From Candidatus Methanophagales archaeon (GTDB lineage Archaea > Halobacteriota > Syntropharchaeia > Alkanophagales > Methanospirareceae): a stretch of 54,835 nt of DNA. The notes under the pieces were generated by a model that made no database searches, was not told where the DNA came from, and saw nothing but the letters and a program-made list of their open reading frames with translations. Made by a program: the position numbers and the translations under genes. The DNA lies in NCBI GenBank assembly GCA_013139985.1, contig WSZT01000164.1:1-54835 (forward strand). The letters are read 5' to 3'. Positions 54,208 through 54,835 of the stretch are shown one piece after another. Numbering within the stretch: position 1 is the first letter of the stretch; every line of letters begins with the position of its first letter.

Positions 54208-54835
54208 ATGCCTAATGAAACAACTACTTTATTGAGCGGGGTCGACATATACTACTTAGCAGCCTTCCTCAGTATTATAAGTGTAATAATTACAATCTTC
54301 ATGTTTTTCCTTGCGATATTACCGTATATAAAATCAAAAAAGGATTTCTCTGACCTATTCATCTACCGCAAAGTGAAAGAACTGCAACAAAGTGATTTCG
54401 CAATTCAACAGCCGTTACATGCAAACGCAGAAGTATATAAAGGAAGGGCTAGTGACGAGGCGATAAAGAACTCGCTTAAGAAGCATGAAAACGTTTTGGT
54501 TATCGGTATGCCAAAATCCGGGAAGACAAGAAGTATCTATCAGGCACTAAAAGCCGTTTTTCCTGATTTTTTCGTGATTAACGTGCCACCTAAAGATGTT
54601 GAACAGGTTCGTTTTCCATTATTAAAGCGGAATTATTTGGTAGTTTTTGACGATTTAAACAAATTTAGTGAGGGGAATTTCGATTTTAATTTGTTTTTGA
54701 AGAAGATAAAAGCGAAATCAAAGAACCTGATTGTCGTTTCAACGTGCAGGAGCGGCAATGAGTTTAGATTACTAAAGGATGAGACAAAGCAGTTTTTTAA
54801 GAGTACATTTACAACTGTTGTAGATCTGGATGAAT
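54208..54835 (+). CDS. membrane-anchored STAND/NACHT-like P-loop NTPase, N-terminal part (runs off the window)
   Basis: Open frame from the ATG at 54208 to the window end, not in the ORF track. It has the TM helix YYLAAFLSIISVIITIFMFFLAIL, Walker A VIGMPKSGKT, Walker B YLVVFDDLNKF, then LIVVSTCRSG. Confidence 0.6.
   Translation, partial: MPNETTTLLSGVDIYYLAAFLSIISVIITIFMFFLAILPYIKSKKDFSDLFIYRKVKELQQSDFAIQQPLHANAEVYKGRASDEAIKNSLKKHENVLVIGMPKSGKTRSIYQALKAVFPDFFVINVPPKDVEQVRFPLLKRNYLVVFDDLNKFSEGNFDFNLFLKKIKAKSKNLIVVSTCRSGNEFRLLKDETKQFFKSTFTTVVDLDE

Overview
Archaeal chromosomal segment. Diagnostic content: rpoH-rpoB-rpoA1-rpoA2-L30e-NusA-S12-S7 cluster, FtsZ plus CetZ, an RFC small-subunit paralog, RNase P RNA plus Rpp21, archease, archaeosine TGT, a PGF-CTERM remnant, an FrhB-type F420 domain and CooC. 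Most of the window is housekeeping: hisB, leuB-like, rnz, pheS, an aminotransferase, a phosphohexomutase, an nfo-nth-dinB repair operon, tRNA-Ser(GCU) and tRNA-Lys(UUU). Five regions deserve a second look. (1) 20985-24969: a tight operon with a NuoE/HydC-like subunit, a NuoF/HydB-like subunit carrying the extra Fe-S domains typical of bifurcating enzymes, and a HydA-like ferredoxin N-terminus fused to an FrhB-type F420 domain. This is a candidate NAD(P)H/ferredoxin:F420 oxidoreductase. (2) 32817-36096: a visibly A+T-rich three-gene operon with two unknown proteins and a KGGVGR-variant ParA/MinD ATPase fused to TPR-like repeats, a candidate conflict or defence system. (3) 27960-30445: a second A+T-rich block encoding a STAND-like NTPase with tandem TIR/NDT-like C-terminal domains. 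Its Walker A exon is split off by a one-base homopolymer frameshift. (4) 12885-18176: ftsZ divergent from an operon of unknown protein, PRC-barrel protein, CetZ, membrane protein and wHTH regulator. (5) Families of dispersed palindromic intergenic repeats, several decayed genes (radical SAM, PGF-CTERM protein, antitoxin, possibly a secreted rhodanese), and tRNAs that directly abut or overlap coding sequences. No CRISPR array, rRNA or recognisable transposase or integrase was seen. All homology calls come from reading motifs in the translations by eye; no database search was run.
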